Assembly (NCBI GenBank): GCA_964544635.1
Contig: CAZJCK010000001.1
Coordinates: 31,384 to 95,383 of the forward strand
Reading direction: 5' to 3'
Origin: an uncultured Ignavibacteriales bacterium
GTDB lineage: Bacteria > Zixibacteria > MSB-5A5 > GN15 > FEB-12
Length of the DNA stretch: 64,000 bases
The notes under the pieces were generated by a model. That model was not told the origin of the DNA and did not search any database. It saw nothing but the letters and a program-made list of their open reading frames with translations. Position numbers and translations under genes: made by a program. Numbering within the stretch: the stretch's first letter is position 1; the number at the start of each line of letters is the position of its first letter. Positions 36,898 through 49,261 of this stretch are shown piece after piece.

Positions 36898-37239
36898 TCA
36901 CGCCCCGTACGGCTGCTGTGCCGGCGAGGCCGGTGACACCGGGGTATCAAACTCCAGCTTCAGTCCCTTGTGCAGGCCGAAGGTCACATTGTAAATAACA
37001 GCGCAAATCACCCCGCCGATGAAGCCGAGCACGCCATAGAGTATCGGCGCAAAGATGATCGCCCCGGCGCCAAACACCAGACCGAACAGACCGGCACCGC
37101 CCATCCCCATGTCACCGCCGATCGCCGAGCCGAGCAGACCAAACAGCGACATAAACAGCCCGACGATCAAACCGATGATGGCATAAATGACCGCGCTCAC
37201 CGCTCCCAGTGAGATCGGGTCGATACGACGTAATGTCAT
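36898..37239 (-). CDS. Small glycine-rich integral membrane protein
   Basis: 113 aa. ISLGAVSAVIYAIIGLIVGLFMSLFGLLGSAIGG and GLFGLVFGAGAIIFAPILYGVLGFIGGVICAVIY hydrophobic glycine-zipper-like helices. GGAGGGAG upstream of the ATG. Confidence 0.5.
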   Translation of the reverse strand: MTLRRIDPISLGAVSAVIYAIIGLIVGLFMSLFGLLGSAIGGDMGMGGAGLFGLVFGAGAIIFAPILYGVLGFIGGVICAVIYNVTFGLHKGLKLEFDTPVSPASPAQQPYGA

Positions 37240-37441
37240 GATTCTCCCTCCGTGTGAAAGACTGTACAGATCTGTACCCGTTACTCATAGGGAGGCACGA
37301 TTATTCACCCGAAGCAACAAAAAGAATGGGACGATGTTGTTACGCAGGTCGGGTTCCGATAGTCCGACAACTGTCGAACAGAGCGAAAACGATGCCGCTT
37401 GAAAAACCGGCAGGTTAGTCGTCACGCAGCCGCGTTCCTGT

Positions 37442-37473
37442 GGGCGGGGCAGACCTCTCGGTCTGCCCCGCCC
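37442..37473 (-). terminator. Perfect 14-bp GC-rich hairpin 9 nt downstream of the sucD stop (terminator candidate, no U-tract)
   Basis: GGGCGGGGCAGACC-tctc-GGTCTGCCCCGCCC, read directly from the sequence. Confidence 0.55.
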
Positions 37474-37482
37474 GCATCTACC

Positions 37483-38349
37483 TCACACTCCCAGCTTCTT
37501 CAGTATCTCCGGGATGTCGTTAAACGTCTTACAGGCATGGGCGCCATGGTCGGCCAGCATCTCGAGCTTGTCCTTGGCCGTCCCCATGTTCCCCTCGACG
37601 ATCGCACCGGCGTGGCCCATACGTTTGCCCGGCGGCGCATAGATGCCGCCAATCATCGCCAGCACCGGTGTTTTCATCTGCTGGATCGTCTCGGCCGCGC
37701 GCTCCTCGTACACGCCGCCGATCTCACCGCACATGACCACCGCCCTGGTGTCAGGATCTTCTTCGAACTTCATCAGGATCTCTCCGAAGGTCGACCCCAG
37801 CACCGGATCACCCCCGAGACCGACACAGGTCGACTCACCAAAACCGCTGCGGGTAAGCGTATCGGCAACATAGTACGTAATCGATCCGGAGCGCGACACG
37901 GTGCCGACCCGTCCGGCCTCGAACGCTATATCCGGCATGATACCGAGGTTGGCCTGGCCGGGACTGATGATACCGGCGGTGTTGCCGCCGATCACGGTCG
38001 CATCGTGCGCCACCGCCTCGCGACGGACATGCAGCATGTCGTGAATCGGAATATGCTCCGGTATGACCACGAGGAACTTGATCCCGGCGCGAATCGCTTC
38101 GATCGCCGCCTCCTTGACGAACTTCGCCGGCAGGAAGATCACCGACGTATCGGCGCCGGTCGCTTCGCGACATTCGGCTACAGTATCAAACACCGGCTTG
38201 CCGTCGACATCCTGGCCGCCTTTACCCGGCGACGTTCCCCCGACGATATTGGTGCCGTACTTGATCATGCGCTGGGTGTGGAACTTGCCTGCCCCGCCGG
38301 TGATGCCCTGTACCATCACCTTCGACTGCTTGTTTACGAGGATAGCCAT
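37483..38349 (-). CDS. sucD: Succinyl-CoA synthetase alpha subunit
   Basis: MAILVNKQSKVMVQGITGGAGKFHTQRMIKYGTNIVGG...SRSGSITYY...MGHAGAIV (phosphohistidine loop). TGATG overlap with sucC. Confidence 0.9.
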   Translation of the reverse strand: MAILVNKQSKVMVQGITGGAGKFHTQRMIKYGTNIVGGTSPGKGGQDVDGKPVFDTVAECREATGADTSVIFLPAKFVKEAAIEAIRAGIKFLVVIPEHIPIHDMLHVRREAVAHDATVIGGNTAGIISPGQANLGIMPDIAFEAGRVGTVSRSGSITYYVADTLTRSGFGESTCVGLGGDPVLGSTFGEILMKFEEDPDTRAVVMCGEIGGVYEERAAETIQQMKTPVLAMIGGIYAPPGKRMGHAGAIVEGNMGTAKDKLEMLADHGAHACKTFNDIPEILKKLGV

Positions 38350-39545
38350 CAGTTCCCCCCTTCCTGTTCGGCCAGTTCAACCGCCCGTTTGGAGATCTCT
38401 TCGATGGGTGTCTCGATACCGTGGAACTCGATCTTCTCGAACAGTTTCGGGTTGGCCTCTTTCGCTTCGTTGAAGATACGCACCCCTTCCTGCCACATGT
38501 TGCCGGTCATACGCATCACCAGCGGCTTGCTCAAACCATGCTCGTTGAGGAATTGCAGGACGCCCTTGGCGAAGTCGTCGCAACGGCTGATCCCGCCGAA
38601 TCGCGCTCCAAAGATAGCCTTCACATCGGGGTTCTCGTCCAGCAGCACGAGCATCTTGGCGATACGTTCGGGCGACGGTCCCCCGCCTGAATCCATGAAG
38701 TTGGCCGGCTTGCCGCCGTAGTAGTGGATAAAATCGTTGCCCATGATACCGAAGCCGGCGCCCCCGGGAAACATGCCGATGTTACCGTCCAGGTCGAGGT
38801 ACGGTATCCCCCACTCCTGGGCCTGCTGTTCGCGCGGGGTCATCTCCCCCTCTTCGTGACGCTTCTCGATGCCCATTTCGTTGAGGTCGGCATGACGGAA
38901 CACGGCGTCGTCGTCGAGCGACACCCGGCTGTCGGCGGCAATAAGCTGACCGTCGGCGGTCAGCACCAGCGGGTTGATCTCGACCAGCTTGGCGTCGTAC
39001 GATTTGAACATCTTGTACAGCGCCCGGATAATTGCCGAACCCTGGCGCATCAGATCCTGCGGAATACCGATCTTCTTTGAAATCGCGATACCGTCGAAGT
39101 CGTACAGCTCGTCGGCGATATCGAGGGCGTGGCGGACGATCTTCTCCGGCGTCTTGTGGGCGGTCTCTTCGATATCGACCCCGCCCTCACCCGAGGCAAT
39201 GATTACCAGTTTGTAATTGGCCCGGTCGATCGTCACGCCAACATAATACTCCTGCTTGATATCGAGCGCCGGCTCGACCAGCAGCTGCTCGACCGGATAG
39301 CCTTTGATTTTCATTTGCAGGAGTTCGACAGCGGCTGCTTTGGCCTCCTCCGGGCTTTCCGCCAGCTTGATACCGCCCGCCTTGCCGCGGCCGCCGGTAA
39401 GCACCTGCGATTTCACTATCACCCTGCCGCCCAAATTCTTAGCAGCGGTGAAGACATCGTCAGGGGTCTTCGCCACACTCCCTTCCGGTACCGGTATTCG
39501 AAACTTCCGGAAGAGCTGCTTGCCTTCATATTCGTACAGACGCAT
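38349..39545 (-). CDS. sucC: Succinyl-CoA synthetase beta subunit (ATP-grasp)
   Basis: MRLYEYEGKQLF..., GGRGKAGGIKLA, and C-terminal ligase-CoA domain. ATG at 39545, with GAAGGAAAGGA upstream, preferred over the track start 39581. Confidence 0.9.
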   Translation of the reverse strand: MRLYEYEGKQLFRKFRIPVPEGSVAKTPDDVFTAAKNLGGRVIVKSQVLTGGRGKAGGIKLAESPEEAKAAAVELLQMKIKGYPVEQLLVEPALDIKQEYYVGVTIDRANYKLVIIASGEGGVDIEETAHKTPEKIVRHALDIADELYDFDGIAISKKIGIPQDLMRQGSAIIRALYKMFKSYDAKLVEINPLVLTADGQLIAADSRVSLDDDAVFRHADLNEMGIEKRHEEGEMTPREQQAQEWGIPYLDLDGNIGMFPGGAGFGIMGNDFIHYYGGKPANFMDSGGGPSPERIAKMLVLLDENPDVKAIFGARFGGISRCDDFAKGVLQFLNEHGLSKPLVMRMTGNMWQEGVRIFNEAKEANPKLFEKIEFHGIETPIEEISKRAVELAEQEGGN

Positions 39546-39709
39546 ACTGTGTCCTTTCCTTCGGCTTGTGCCGTTATTCACAAAGTTGGCAAAATCTAAC
39601 AGTTAAGTCGGCAAAGTCAATTGTTTTAGCATGGATTAGTGCTTGCCCGATCGTTGAGCAGAAGGTATATTTTGACTGAATTTACGGGAGTCTGATAATT
39701 GGGGGATCG

Positions 39710-41188
39710 ATGCGAATCGTCTTAGCTATTCTGGCAGTCCTTATCCTGTCCACCTCTGTCTCGGCCTGGGATTTGAATTTGGTGGAGTCGCGGATTCTGA
39801 CCGACACAACAGTGCCGGCTCACTTGGGTGTGATCTTGTCGGGCCACGGAGATGTGGCCGGGTACAGTTATTCCCACAAGGCTGGCGCCATCTGGCGCGA
39901 CGATAGCCGTTTCGTCGTAGACCTGATTGGCGATACCCCGATTGAACTGCGAGTATCGGGATGGTTGAGGGGTAGTGTCAGTATCGCACAACCTGACGGT
40001 CAATACTACTTCTACTTATTGACAGAAGTTAACATGCCCAAAGCGCAGATATTCAAGGCCGCGATGAAGCCGCACCTGGCCCTCATAGATTCCGCCATAG
40101 TAGTCAACGACGAATTCTATCGCGGTGGAGCCCCCATGGATGAATATCGTTATGAGTTGAGCCTCGTCGACAGCATGGTGATATTCGAGGAGGATCGACG
40201 GGAGCGCATTTGGGATGGGACCATTGGCTTCGAAGAGAACCGTCGCGTTCAGAGTACGGCACTGAACTTCGATCTGACCGAAATCATCCAGTGGCCCGGA
40301 CGAAGCTTGCGACCGTTCTTCAACAATGCCACGCAGTCCCACTGGTGGGGCTATGTGCACTTGAGACACGACTATTACAATACTGACTACGGCAGCGGAT
40401 CCTCCAGCTATGGGTACGAGGGCATTGTCGACACCGACAAGAACGTGGTGCTGTCGCAAAGCCTTGGCCAAAACGAGTCCCTGGTTGAATCAGGCGATTT
40501 GCTTACAGCCTGTCCGGGTGAGGAGATTGTTTACAATTCACCCACTCCTGGAATTCTTTTCATGAATCCCGACGGCTGGAGCCTGTCGTACTACTATGTC
40601 GATGGAGACAGTATCAAGCAAGCCTGGTATACGCCATCGCATCGCTATGAAAAACTGTTTCATTACCAGGCCCGAAACCTGCTTGTTGGACTGTCACCTT
40701 CGCATCAGTTCCACCTCTTCGACGCCGCCACCGGCACCCTGCTCGAAACGATACCTGTCAATCCCGACATCATCTTCTACGACTTCCACGTCACCGCCCC
40801 ACCCACCGAACGTCTCCTGATTGTCGGACGTGAAGCCAACGAACTGCTTCTCTATGAATTCGCCGAATTCACCGACATCGATGATACCGAGAGCGACATC
40901 ACACTCCCAGCCAACCTGCGCATCACCGCCGCCTGGCCCAATCCGTTCAATGCCAATGTGAATATCATGCTCAACGTCCCGTCGCGAAGCCGGGTAACCG
41001 TCGAGATCGTCAATCTCCTCGGACAGGTGGTTGCATCGATACACAACGGCGCACTATCGGCGGGAGAGCATTAGTTGTACTGGAACGGCTACACCTCCGA
41101 CGGTTCCCCGGCCGCGTCAGGCATCTACTTCGCCCGCGCCCAAAGCGACGGCTCAACGGCAACCGTCAAGATTCAATTGCTAAAGTGA
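39710..41188 (+). pseudogene. Secreted protein with T9SS-type C-terminal sorting domain interrupted by an in-frame TAG (41072-41074); frame continues to TGA 41186-41188
   Basis: Signal peptide MRIVLAILAVLILSTSVSA. The CTD begins AAWPNPFNANVNIMLNVPSRSRVTVEIVNLLGQVVASIHNGALSAGEH, then TAG. The same frame then reads LYWNGYTSDGSPAASGIYFARAQSDGSTATVKIQLLK*, which is the expected remainder of this domain. Confidence 0.6.
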
Positions 41189-41255
41189 TGTAATCCGGAG
41201 GGCAGGTTCGGAGTGAACCGAAGGCTCATGACCGACCTGCCAGGCAAGAGAAACT

Positions 41256-42011
41256 TTACTTCGCCCCCGTCGTATCGACCGGTGCCTCCACGACAATACC
41301 TCCCGAACGAAACTCGATGGCGCCGATGATACGAGGCGTCGTACGGCACTGCCGGGGCGCACCGGTAAAATTGGGGAAGGCATTGCTCGACAGCTCCGGC
41401 CCCGGCCGGATGTAGTTGCTCACCCGCTCTGATACGTACAGTGAATTCCCGGTCGTGTCCGACAACGTATTGTCGCCACAATCAGTCCAGACAAAGAAGA
41501 TCGGCACCGGTCCCGGCTGCGCAATCGTCCCCGGACGGCTCTTTACCACCAGTCGCATCAGCGACATCGGCTTCTCGGTCCCGCGACAAATCGGCCCCAC
41601 CGAATCCGGCATCACTCGTGACAGGCCGATCACTTTCCAGCCGCGCAGCATGCGGCCATCCGATGCTTCTATCAGATCATCGCGCGCGTTAAAGAACTCC
41701 CAGTCGCACCTTTCGATGAAATCCCCGGGCAACACCAGGCTGATCTCGTAGTCGCGACTGCCGATTGCCAGAGTCAGATCAAAACCGCCAAACGCCGCCT
41801 CCCCGGTCTCGATCAGGACGTCGACCGTATCTTCCTCAAGCGGCCAGTCAACTGTTCGGTGCGCAACCGTCAGCGAGTATGGCACCCCGATCTGGGTGGA
41901 CGGTTGTGGCAGGGCAAAGCTGTCGATGAGGGCGACCGAGTCGCCGTCGGACGGCTGCGCTGCCACCGTGCCGCAACTGAATATGAGAATGAGAAACGAG
42001 ATCAGGCGCAT
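41256..42011 (-). CDS. Secreted hypothetical protein
   Basis: Signal peptide MRLISFLILIFSCGTVAAQ. 251 aa, beta-rich. No motif I can assign confidently. Confidence 0.45.
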   Translation of the reverse strand: MRLISFLILIFSCGTVAAQPSDGDSVALIDSFALPQPSTQIGVPYSLTVAHRTVDWPLEEDTVDVLIETGEAAFGGFDLTLAIGSRDYEISLVLPGDFIERCDWEFFNARDDLIEASDGRMLRGWKVIGLSRVMPDSVGPICRGTEKPMSLMRLVVKSRPGTIAQPGPVPIFFVWTDCGDNTLSDTTGNSLYVSERVSNYIRPGPELSSNAFPNFTGAPRQCRTTPRIIGAIEFRSGGIVVEAPVDTTGAK

Positions 42012-42061
42012 ACAAGAAAACGCCCGCCGATACTCGACGGGCGCTCCACAGGAATCAGCGT

Positions 42062-42655
42062 TTATTCCACTACCGTAATCTTGTACGGTCCATACCAGTC
42101 AGGATAGACCGGTACACCACCGGCGCGGGCCGGGGTAGCGAACACCCACGGATTTTGCGGCGGGTAGAACGATGAATCGATCACGATCGTACCGGCTGAC
42201 GGTGCGACGATGTCGAATGAAATCTGCTTGGTCCAGTCCTGCTTCGGCAGTCCCTGGCGAATGGCCACGCCGCCGAAACCGAGCAGTTCCGGAAGGTTAC
42301 CGTCCCAGTCAATCTCCATCACTTTCAAGCCGGTCATGTCCCACACCGACTTGTCCTGGAAACCGTTGTAGGCTTTTACATGCGCGCTGTCGACCATCGA
42401 ACCGTCGGCATTCTTCACATGCGTGATCGACTTGATGTCGGGTGAGGTTATGGCCAACCCGGCCGTGAACACGCTGCGCGTGGTGTCGTTTTGAAAATGT
42501 ACCTCGACCGTCACCGGCTGCCCGGCCTTGATTGTCGAGTCGTTGACCACGCCCTCACCGGACAGGGCCAGTTTGATGCCGTTGCCGGCGAATACAGAGA
42601 CGGCCAGGGCAAATATTGCCAGCGTACAGACCATCACCAGTTTTACCTTCATCAT
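42062..42655 (-). CDS. Secreted hypothetical protein
   Basis: ATG at 42655 (GGGAGAG upstream) gives MMKVKLVMVCTLAIFALAVSVFAG. The track start 42865 adds 70 non-signal residues. Confidence 0.45.
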   Translation of the reverse strand: MMKVKLVMVCTLAIFALAVSVFAGNGIKLALSGEGVVNDSTIKAGQPVTVEVHFQNDTTRSVFTAGLAITSPDIKSITHVKNADGSMVDSAHVKAYNGFQDKSVWDMTGLKVMEIDWDGNLPELLGFGGVAIRQGLPKQDWTKQISFDIVAPSAGTIVIDSSFYPPQNPWVFATPARAGGVPVYPDWYGPYKITVVE

Positions 42656-42916
42656 CAGTGCTCTCCCAATACTAAGTGGATATTTGGAATATTGCCTTTT
42701 ACACCAGAACCCGCCTGCGGGTCGCAAATTTGAGTTGGCAGTATACGGTTCCCTCGTCAGTAAGTCAATTGTCGATCCGCCACTCACCGCCCGGTCCCTG
42801 AAAATCATAGATACTTGCCCCCAAACGGTTTCGGCCTCTCTTCCGTAATGCCTTGTAGACAGCAAATTTAACCCTCGGCACGGAACAGCTCGATTGTGAA
42901 AAGGCTAACTTTTTGT

Positions 42917-42945
42917 TTGACCGGACACGGCAGGTCACCTATGTT
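42917..42945 (+). promoter_or_regulatory. Sigma70-like promoter candidate for sdhCAB
   Basis: TTGACC - 17 nt - TATGTT, about 37 nt upstream of the sdhC ATG. Confidence 0.4.
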
Positions 42946-42981
42946 CCTCAGAGCATTTTTTGAATGAATAAGGGATAGGGT

Positions 42982-43695
42982 ATGAGTAACAACGTTTCGA
43001 CTGCACCGGGGGAATACTCCTCGTCAGTGTTAACAGCCTCGCTCGGCAAGAAAACCCTCATGGCCGTCTCAGGCGTCGTCTGGGTCGTCTATGTCATCGG
43101 TCACATGGCGGGCAACCTTCAATTCTTCCTCGGGCCCGACGCCATCAATGCCTACGCCATGGCCCTGCGCGACATGGGACCGCTGTTGTGGCTTGCCCGC
43201 ATCGTTTTTGCCGGCGCCCTGATTGTCCATGTCTGGAGCGGCATCCTCGTCTGGGCTGAGAACAAGAAGGCACGACCGGTTCCGTACGCCAAAACAGAGT
43301 ACAAGGAAACGACCCTCAGTTCGCGCTGGATGATCTACACCGGCATCTTCCTCTTCCTCTTCATCATCTACCACGTCCTGCATTACACGCTGCACATCAC
43401 CAATCCCGAATATGCCACCCTGACCGACTCGAAGGGGCAGTTCGACGTTTACACCATGATGGTGATGGGGTTCAGCAACCCGGTCATCGCCATAATCTAT
43501 ATTCTGGGTATGATCTTCCTTGCCCTGCACCTCAAGCACGCAATCAAGAGCATGTTCCAGACGATCGGCTGGAACAACCCGGACTGGCGGCCGCGCCTGC
43601 GTATCATCGCTGCCACCGTAGCAATCGTCGTCGCGGCCGGATTCATCTCCCTGCCGCTGTCGGTCTGGCTCGGCCTGGCAGGAGGAGGTAACTGA
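42982..43695 (+). CDS. sdhC: Succinate dehydrogenase/fumarate reductase cytochrome b subunit (b558-type, 5 TM)
   Basis: 237 aa, five hydrophobic helices with conserved His ([33 protein letters not shown]). Directly upstream of the flavoprotein. Confidence 0.8.
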   Translation: MSNNVSTAPGEYSSSVLTASLGKKTLMAVSGVVWVVYVIGHMAGNLQFFLGPDAINAYAMALRDMGPLLWLARIVFAGALIVHVWSGILVWAENKKARPVPYAKTEYKETTLSSRWMIYTGIFLFLFIIYHVLHYTLHITNPEYATLTDSKGQFDVYTMMVMGFSNPVIAIIYILGMIFLALHLKHAIKSMFQTIGWNNPDWRPRLRIIAATVAIVVAAGFISLPLSVWLGLAGGGN

Positions 43696-43697
43696 CC

Positions 43698-45622
<1,925 letters not shown>

Positions 45623-45623
<1 letters not shown>

Positions 45624-46369
45624 TGAACCTGACTCTCTACGTGTGGCGTCAGAAGAACGCGCAAGACAAAGGCAGCCTCGAACGCTACGAGGCCGCGGAT
45701 GTGAGCGAACACATGTCGTTCCTGGAAATGCTCGACGTTGTCAACGAACGCTTGCAGCAGGAGGGGATTGAGCCGATCGCTTTCGACCACGACTGTCGTG
45801 AAGGCATCTGCGGCACCTGTTCGTTGATGATTAACGGCCAGGCGCACGGTTCCCAGCGGGCCACCACCGCCTGCCAGTTGCATATGCGGCATTTCAGGGA
45901 CGGTGACACGATTTATATCGAACCCTGGCGTGCCCGTGCCTTTCCGGTCGTGCGCGACCTGATTGTCGACCGCTCGGCGTTTGATCGCATCATCCAGGCC
46001 GGCGGCTATGTCAACGTCAATACCGGCGGCGCTCCCGACGCCAACGCCATTCCGATCCCGAAGAAGGATGCCGATGAAGCGTTCGATGCCGCTGCCTGTA
46101 TCGGCTGCGGCGCCTGCGTGGCGGCATGCCCGAACTCGTCGGCGATGCTCTTTGTGGCCGCCAAGGTCTCGCACCTCGCCTACCTGCCGCAGGGACAGGT
46201 CGAACGTGCCGATCGCGCGCGCAAGATGGTGGCGCAGATGGACTACGAGGGCTTCGGCAACTGCTCCAATCACTACGAGTGTGAGGCTGCCTGCCCGAAG
46301 GAAATCAGCGTGAAATACATCGCAAAAATGAATCGCGAGTACCTTACCGCCAAACTCGCCCGCAAGTAA
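45623..46369 (+). CDS. sdhB: Succinate dehydrogenase/fumarate reductase iron-sulfur subunit
   Basis: 2Fe-2[17 protein letters not shown], 4Fe-4[13 protein letters not shown], 3Fe-4[19 protein letters not shown] overlap with sdhA. Confidence 0.9.
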
Positions 46370-46391
46370 GACAATTCACGATCAGTCGTAG

Positions 46392-46429
46392 GGCAGCTTC
46401 CGCCTTGGGAGGCTGCCTTTCTGTTTTCT
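46392..46429 (+). terminator. Rho-independent terminator of sdhCAB
   Basis: GGCAGCTTCC-gccttg-GGAGGCTGCC gives a 10-bp stem with one G-U pair, followed by TTTCTGTTTTCT. Starts 23 nt after the sdhB stop. Confidence 0.65.
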
Positions 46430-46555
46430 GCGATAAGCGCCCCCAAAAGCATCGCCCCGGACAAGCCCGGCACCAGCCGGGCGCAGAGCCGGGGCCCAGT
46501 CTGTCAATACTTACTACGCACCCACGCTCTTCAATACAAAATACACATTGCCGTG

Positions 46556-46747
46556 TTACACCTCAACCCGAAGCCCTGTTCGGCCGTTGCCCCGCAACAT
46601 GCGTCCACTGCCGCAGGCGGGCTCCAGCAGCCGTGTCACCGAACCGTCGGCATGACTGTTAAACAACAGGCGCAGCAACCGCACCTCATGCGACGAATCC
46701 CCGGAAAAGGCAATGTCATAGTACCGGGCAAGATCGTACAGCTTCAC
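46556..46747 (-). pseudogene. N-terminal remnant of a class I SAM-dependent methyltransferase (63 codons)
   Basis: (M)KLYDLARYYDIAFSGDSSHEVRLLRLLF...VTRLLEPACGSGRML matches the start and motif I (LEPACGSG) of SAM MTases. It then hits a stop, and all three frames downstream close within a few codons. Confidence 0.3.
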
Positions 46748-46771
46748 ATTGCCCTCACAGCCAAACCGCTG

Positions 46772-48229
46772 CTACGGTTCGATCGGGATAAACTGTCGAT
46801 AATGGTCCCAGCGGTCGAGGATATTCCGTACATATGCATACGGTTCCTCGCCGCGACAGTATCCGTAATAGACCACGTCGTCGTTGTAATACTCCGGATC
46901 GGACTTCTTCAATATGAACTCTTCAACATGCCCGGTCCAGATATCCGGATCGTCACCATACTTTTCCGCCAGGCGCCGGGCGTCGGCAACATGGTTCTCT
47001 CCCACATTGTACGACGCTAATATAAACTTCAGGCGTTCTTCCTCATCCGCAATCATTTGCCAGTGTTCCTGCAGGTACCGGATATAGCGGGTCCCCGCCT
47101 TCATACTCTGTTCCGGCGTTCGGAGATTCTCGACGCCGAACTTGTGCGCAATCGCCGGCATCATCTGCATCAGGCCCTTGGCGCCTGCCCAGGAGGTCAC
47201 CCGCGGCTTGAACTGCGACTCCTGGTATATCATCGAGGCCAAAAGACGCCAGTCCCAGTCCACCGAATCGGCGTACACCTGGATCAGACTATCGAACTGT
47301 GAGATGCGATGGCCGGTCAACGAGAAGAACTCGCTCTTCACCCGACGATTGAACGCCTTCTTGTTGCGGAAATACTTGTGGAACATCACATAGTAGCGGT
47401 CCTTCTTCTGTGCCCGGGCCAGCCAGTCGTTGATCGCAGTCAGCAATTGCGGTGAGGTATGCCGCACCGCCCAGGCAATCTCCTGCTCGTAACTGATATT
47501 GGTGGCGACATCGAGGTTCGCGTAGTAGGTCTGGTTGATCTCGGCCAGGTGCTTGTCGGCGACCGTGTAATCGATGTCTCCTTCCGCCACCATCTTGATC
47601 AGCTCCTCGGTTTCGCTCTCGCCGGAGGCAAGCACGATGTCGATGTCGCCGCCCGTCTCCTCTTCAATATTCAAAAGTCGCCGATAATACGATGAGTTCT
47701 CCCGCACATGCACCGTCTTCCCCAGCAGATCCAGCGGATCGCGAATCAGTTCCGCTTCGATCTCGTGACGTTTCATCTGGCGCCAGTTTGGCGGCATCCG
47801 CTGCACCAGCGCCTGGGTGGTACGCGTATGCGGCTCGGTAAAGGCGATGCGTTCGCGACGGTCGGCTGTAATCGTCATGCCGTGCGCGATGATATCCCCG
47901 ACCCCCTCATGCAGCATCGTTTCCATGCTGTCGAGATTCTCGGCGATGATGATCTCCACTTCGAGATCCAAGTCATTCGCCAGCCACTGCAGCAGCTCAT
48001 ACTCATACCCCATCGTTTGACCGCGATAGATGAAGTAGCTGGTCGAACTGTAGGTTGTTATCGCCCTGAGCGTATCGACCTTGCGAATCTCCGGCAGGTC
48101 TCTTCGGACCTTGTCCAGTTTTGCCCCCAACTCACTGTACCCTTCCGGCTTCTCGCCACCGTCGCCACAGCCCGCAGCCAGGGCAGCAAGCGCCGCCAGG
48201 AGTATACATGATCTCAGGTGTCGTTTCAT
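46772..48229 (-). CDS. mltF: Membrane-bound lytic murein transglycosylase F-like (SBP_bac_3 domain + SLT domain)
   Basis: Lipoprotein-type N-terminus LAALAALAAGCG, periplasmic-binding-like half, and SLT catalytic region MIYQESQFKPRVTSWAGAKGLMQMMP. Confidence 0.8.
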   Translation of the reverse strand: MKRHLRSCILLAALAALAAGCGDGGEKPEGYSELGAKLDKVRRDLPEIRKVDTLRAITTYSSTSYFIYRGQTMGYEYELLQWLANDLDLEVEIIIAENLDSMETMLHEGVGDIIAHGMTITADRRERIAFTEPHTRTTQALVQRMPPNWRQMKRHEIEAELIRDPLDLLGKTVHVRENSSYYRRLLNIEEETGGDIDIVLASGESETEELIKMVAEGDIDYTVADKHLAEINQTYYANLDVATNISYEQEIAWAVRHTSPQLLTAINDWLARAQKKDRYYVMFHKYFRNKKAFNRRVKSEFFSLTGHRISQFDSLIQVYADSVDWDWRLLASMIYQESQFKPRVTSWAGAKGLMQMMPAIAHKFGVENLRTPEQSMKAGTRYIRYLQEHWQMIADEEERLKFILASYNVGENHVADARRLAEKYGDDPDIWTGHVEEFILKKSDPEYYNDDVVYYGYCRGEEPYAYVRNILDRWDHYRQFIPIEP

Positions 48230-48230
48230 A

Positions 48231-49001
48231 TTACCACGTTACCGTCATGCCGTCATCGGCTGTTTCCAGGTTCATCATCCCCGCCTTGCAGGCCGCCCGT
48301 ACCAGCGACGCTACTTCGTTCTCATCACCCAGGTGGGTGATGATATACCGCCCCACCTCCAGCGTCGGCGCTACCTCAAAAAACAGTTGCTTATCAACAT
48401 GCGTTAGCTCAGTAACCACAATGTCGCAGCCGTCGAGATGGGGACGGATATCCTCGAAATCCCCGATGTCGGCGGAATACAGCAGGCGGGTACCGCCGCA
48501 TGCGATCTTAAACAAGAAACATTGCAGACGGTTCGGTACTTCCAGCTTCTCCACCAGGTCCGACAGCTTGTCGAGGTGCGACGTCCGTACCGCCTCAAGT
48601 GTGAACTCGCCGTCGTACACCGTCCCCTCGTCGTAACCGTGGACCTGTAACGGAAACGACAACCGCTCGTCAAACAGATACACCGCCGCCAGCCAGTTGC
48701 GAAACGGCTCGACCAGTTCATCAGGCAGGTAAATATCGAGCGGCGCTTCGCGACCGGAGAGATAAATGAGCTGTATAAACAAACTGAGTTCGCACACATG
48801 ATCACTGTGGGCGTGAGAAATAAAAATCCGATCGACCGACAAAGGATCACAACCATGACGAATAAACGAACTGGTGACGCCGCCGCCACAATCGATCAGG
48901 GTCGACGACCGGCCGGTGGTCAACAGATACCCCGAACAGGCCCGATGCGGCTGTGGCCAGCCGGAGGACGATCCGAGAACGACAAATGTTGTACTGCTCA
49001 T
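48231..49001 (-). CDS. MBL-fold metallo-hydrolase (RNase Z-like)
   Basis: MSSTTFVVLGSSSGWPQPHRACSGYLL...LIDCGGG...FISHAHSDHVCEL (HxHxDH). ATG at 49001 chosen because the track extension to 49235 is Arg-rich and non-homologous-looking. No clear SD, so the start is uncertain. Confidence 0.65.
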   Translation of the reverse strand: MSSTTFVVLGSSSGWPQPHRACSGYLLTTGRSSTLIDCGGGVTSSFIRHGCDPLSVDRIFISHAHSDHVCELSLFIQLIYLSGREAPLDIYLPDELVEPFRNWLAAVYLFDERLSFPLQVHGYDEGTVYDGEFTLEAVRTSHLDKLSDLVEKLEVPNRLQCFLFKIACGGTRLLYSADIGDFEDIRPHLDGCDIVVTELTHVDKQLFFEVAPTLEVGRYIITHLGDENEVASLVRAACKAGMMNLETADDGMTVTW

Positions 49002-49261
49002 ACGTTGTGAAAGGTTCGGGCCCACTGGTCCGGGTTGACTGTTGCTGTATACATAGTACGGCCATGATACCGACGCTGTCAACAGGCTTCGACGGCAACC
49101 TCGACGTAACCGCTTGAACCGCAACACATGGAACATAATGGGTCGACAAGTAATCGACAATTTAAGATGTCTGCCGACTATTCTTTCGCGCCCGGCTCCG
49201 GAAAAACCGGGACGGACGGGAGATTTTTCAGACAACGGAATTCAAAAATGAGGGAATCGGC

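Noticed and set aside
37264-37277. Perfect 14-bp palindrome GTACAGATCTGTAC upstream of the small glycine-rich membrane protein gene, considered as an operator
   Set aside because: The expected number of perfect 14-bp palindromes in 64 kb by chance is about 64000/4^7, roughly 4. On its own it is not significant, and no second copy was noticed.
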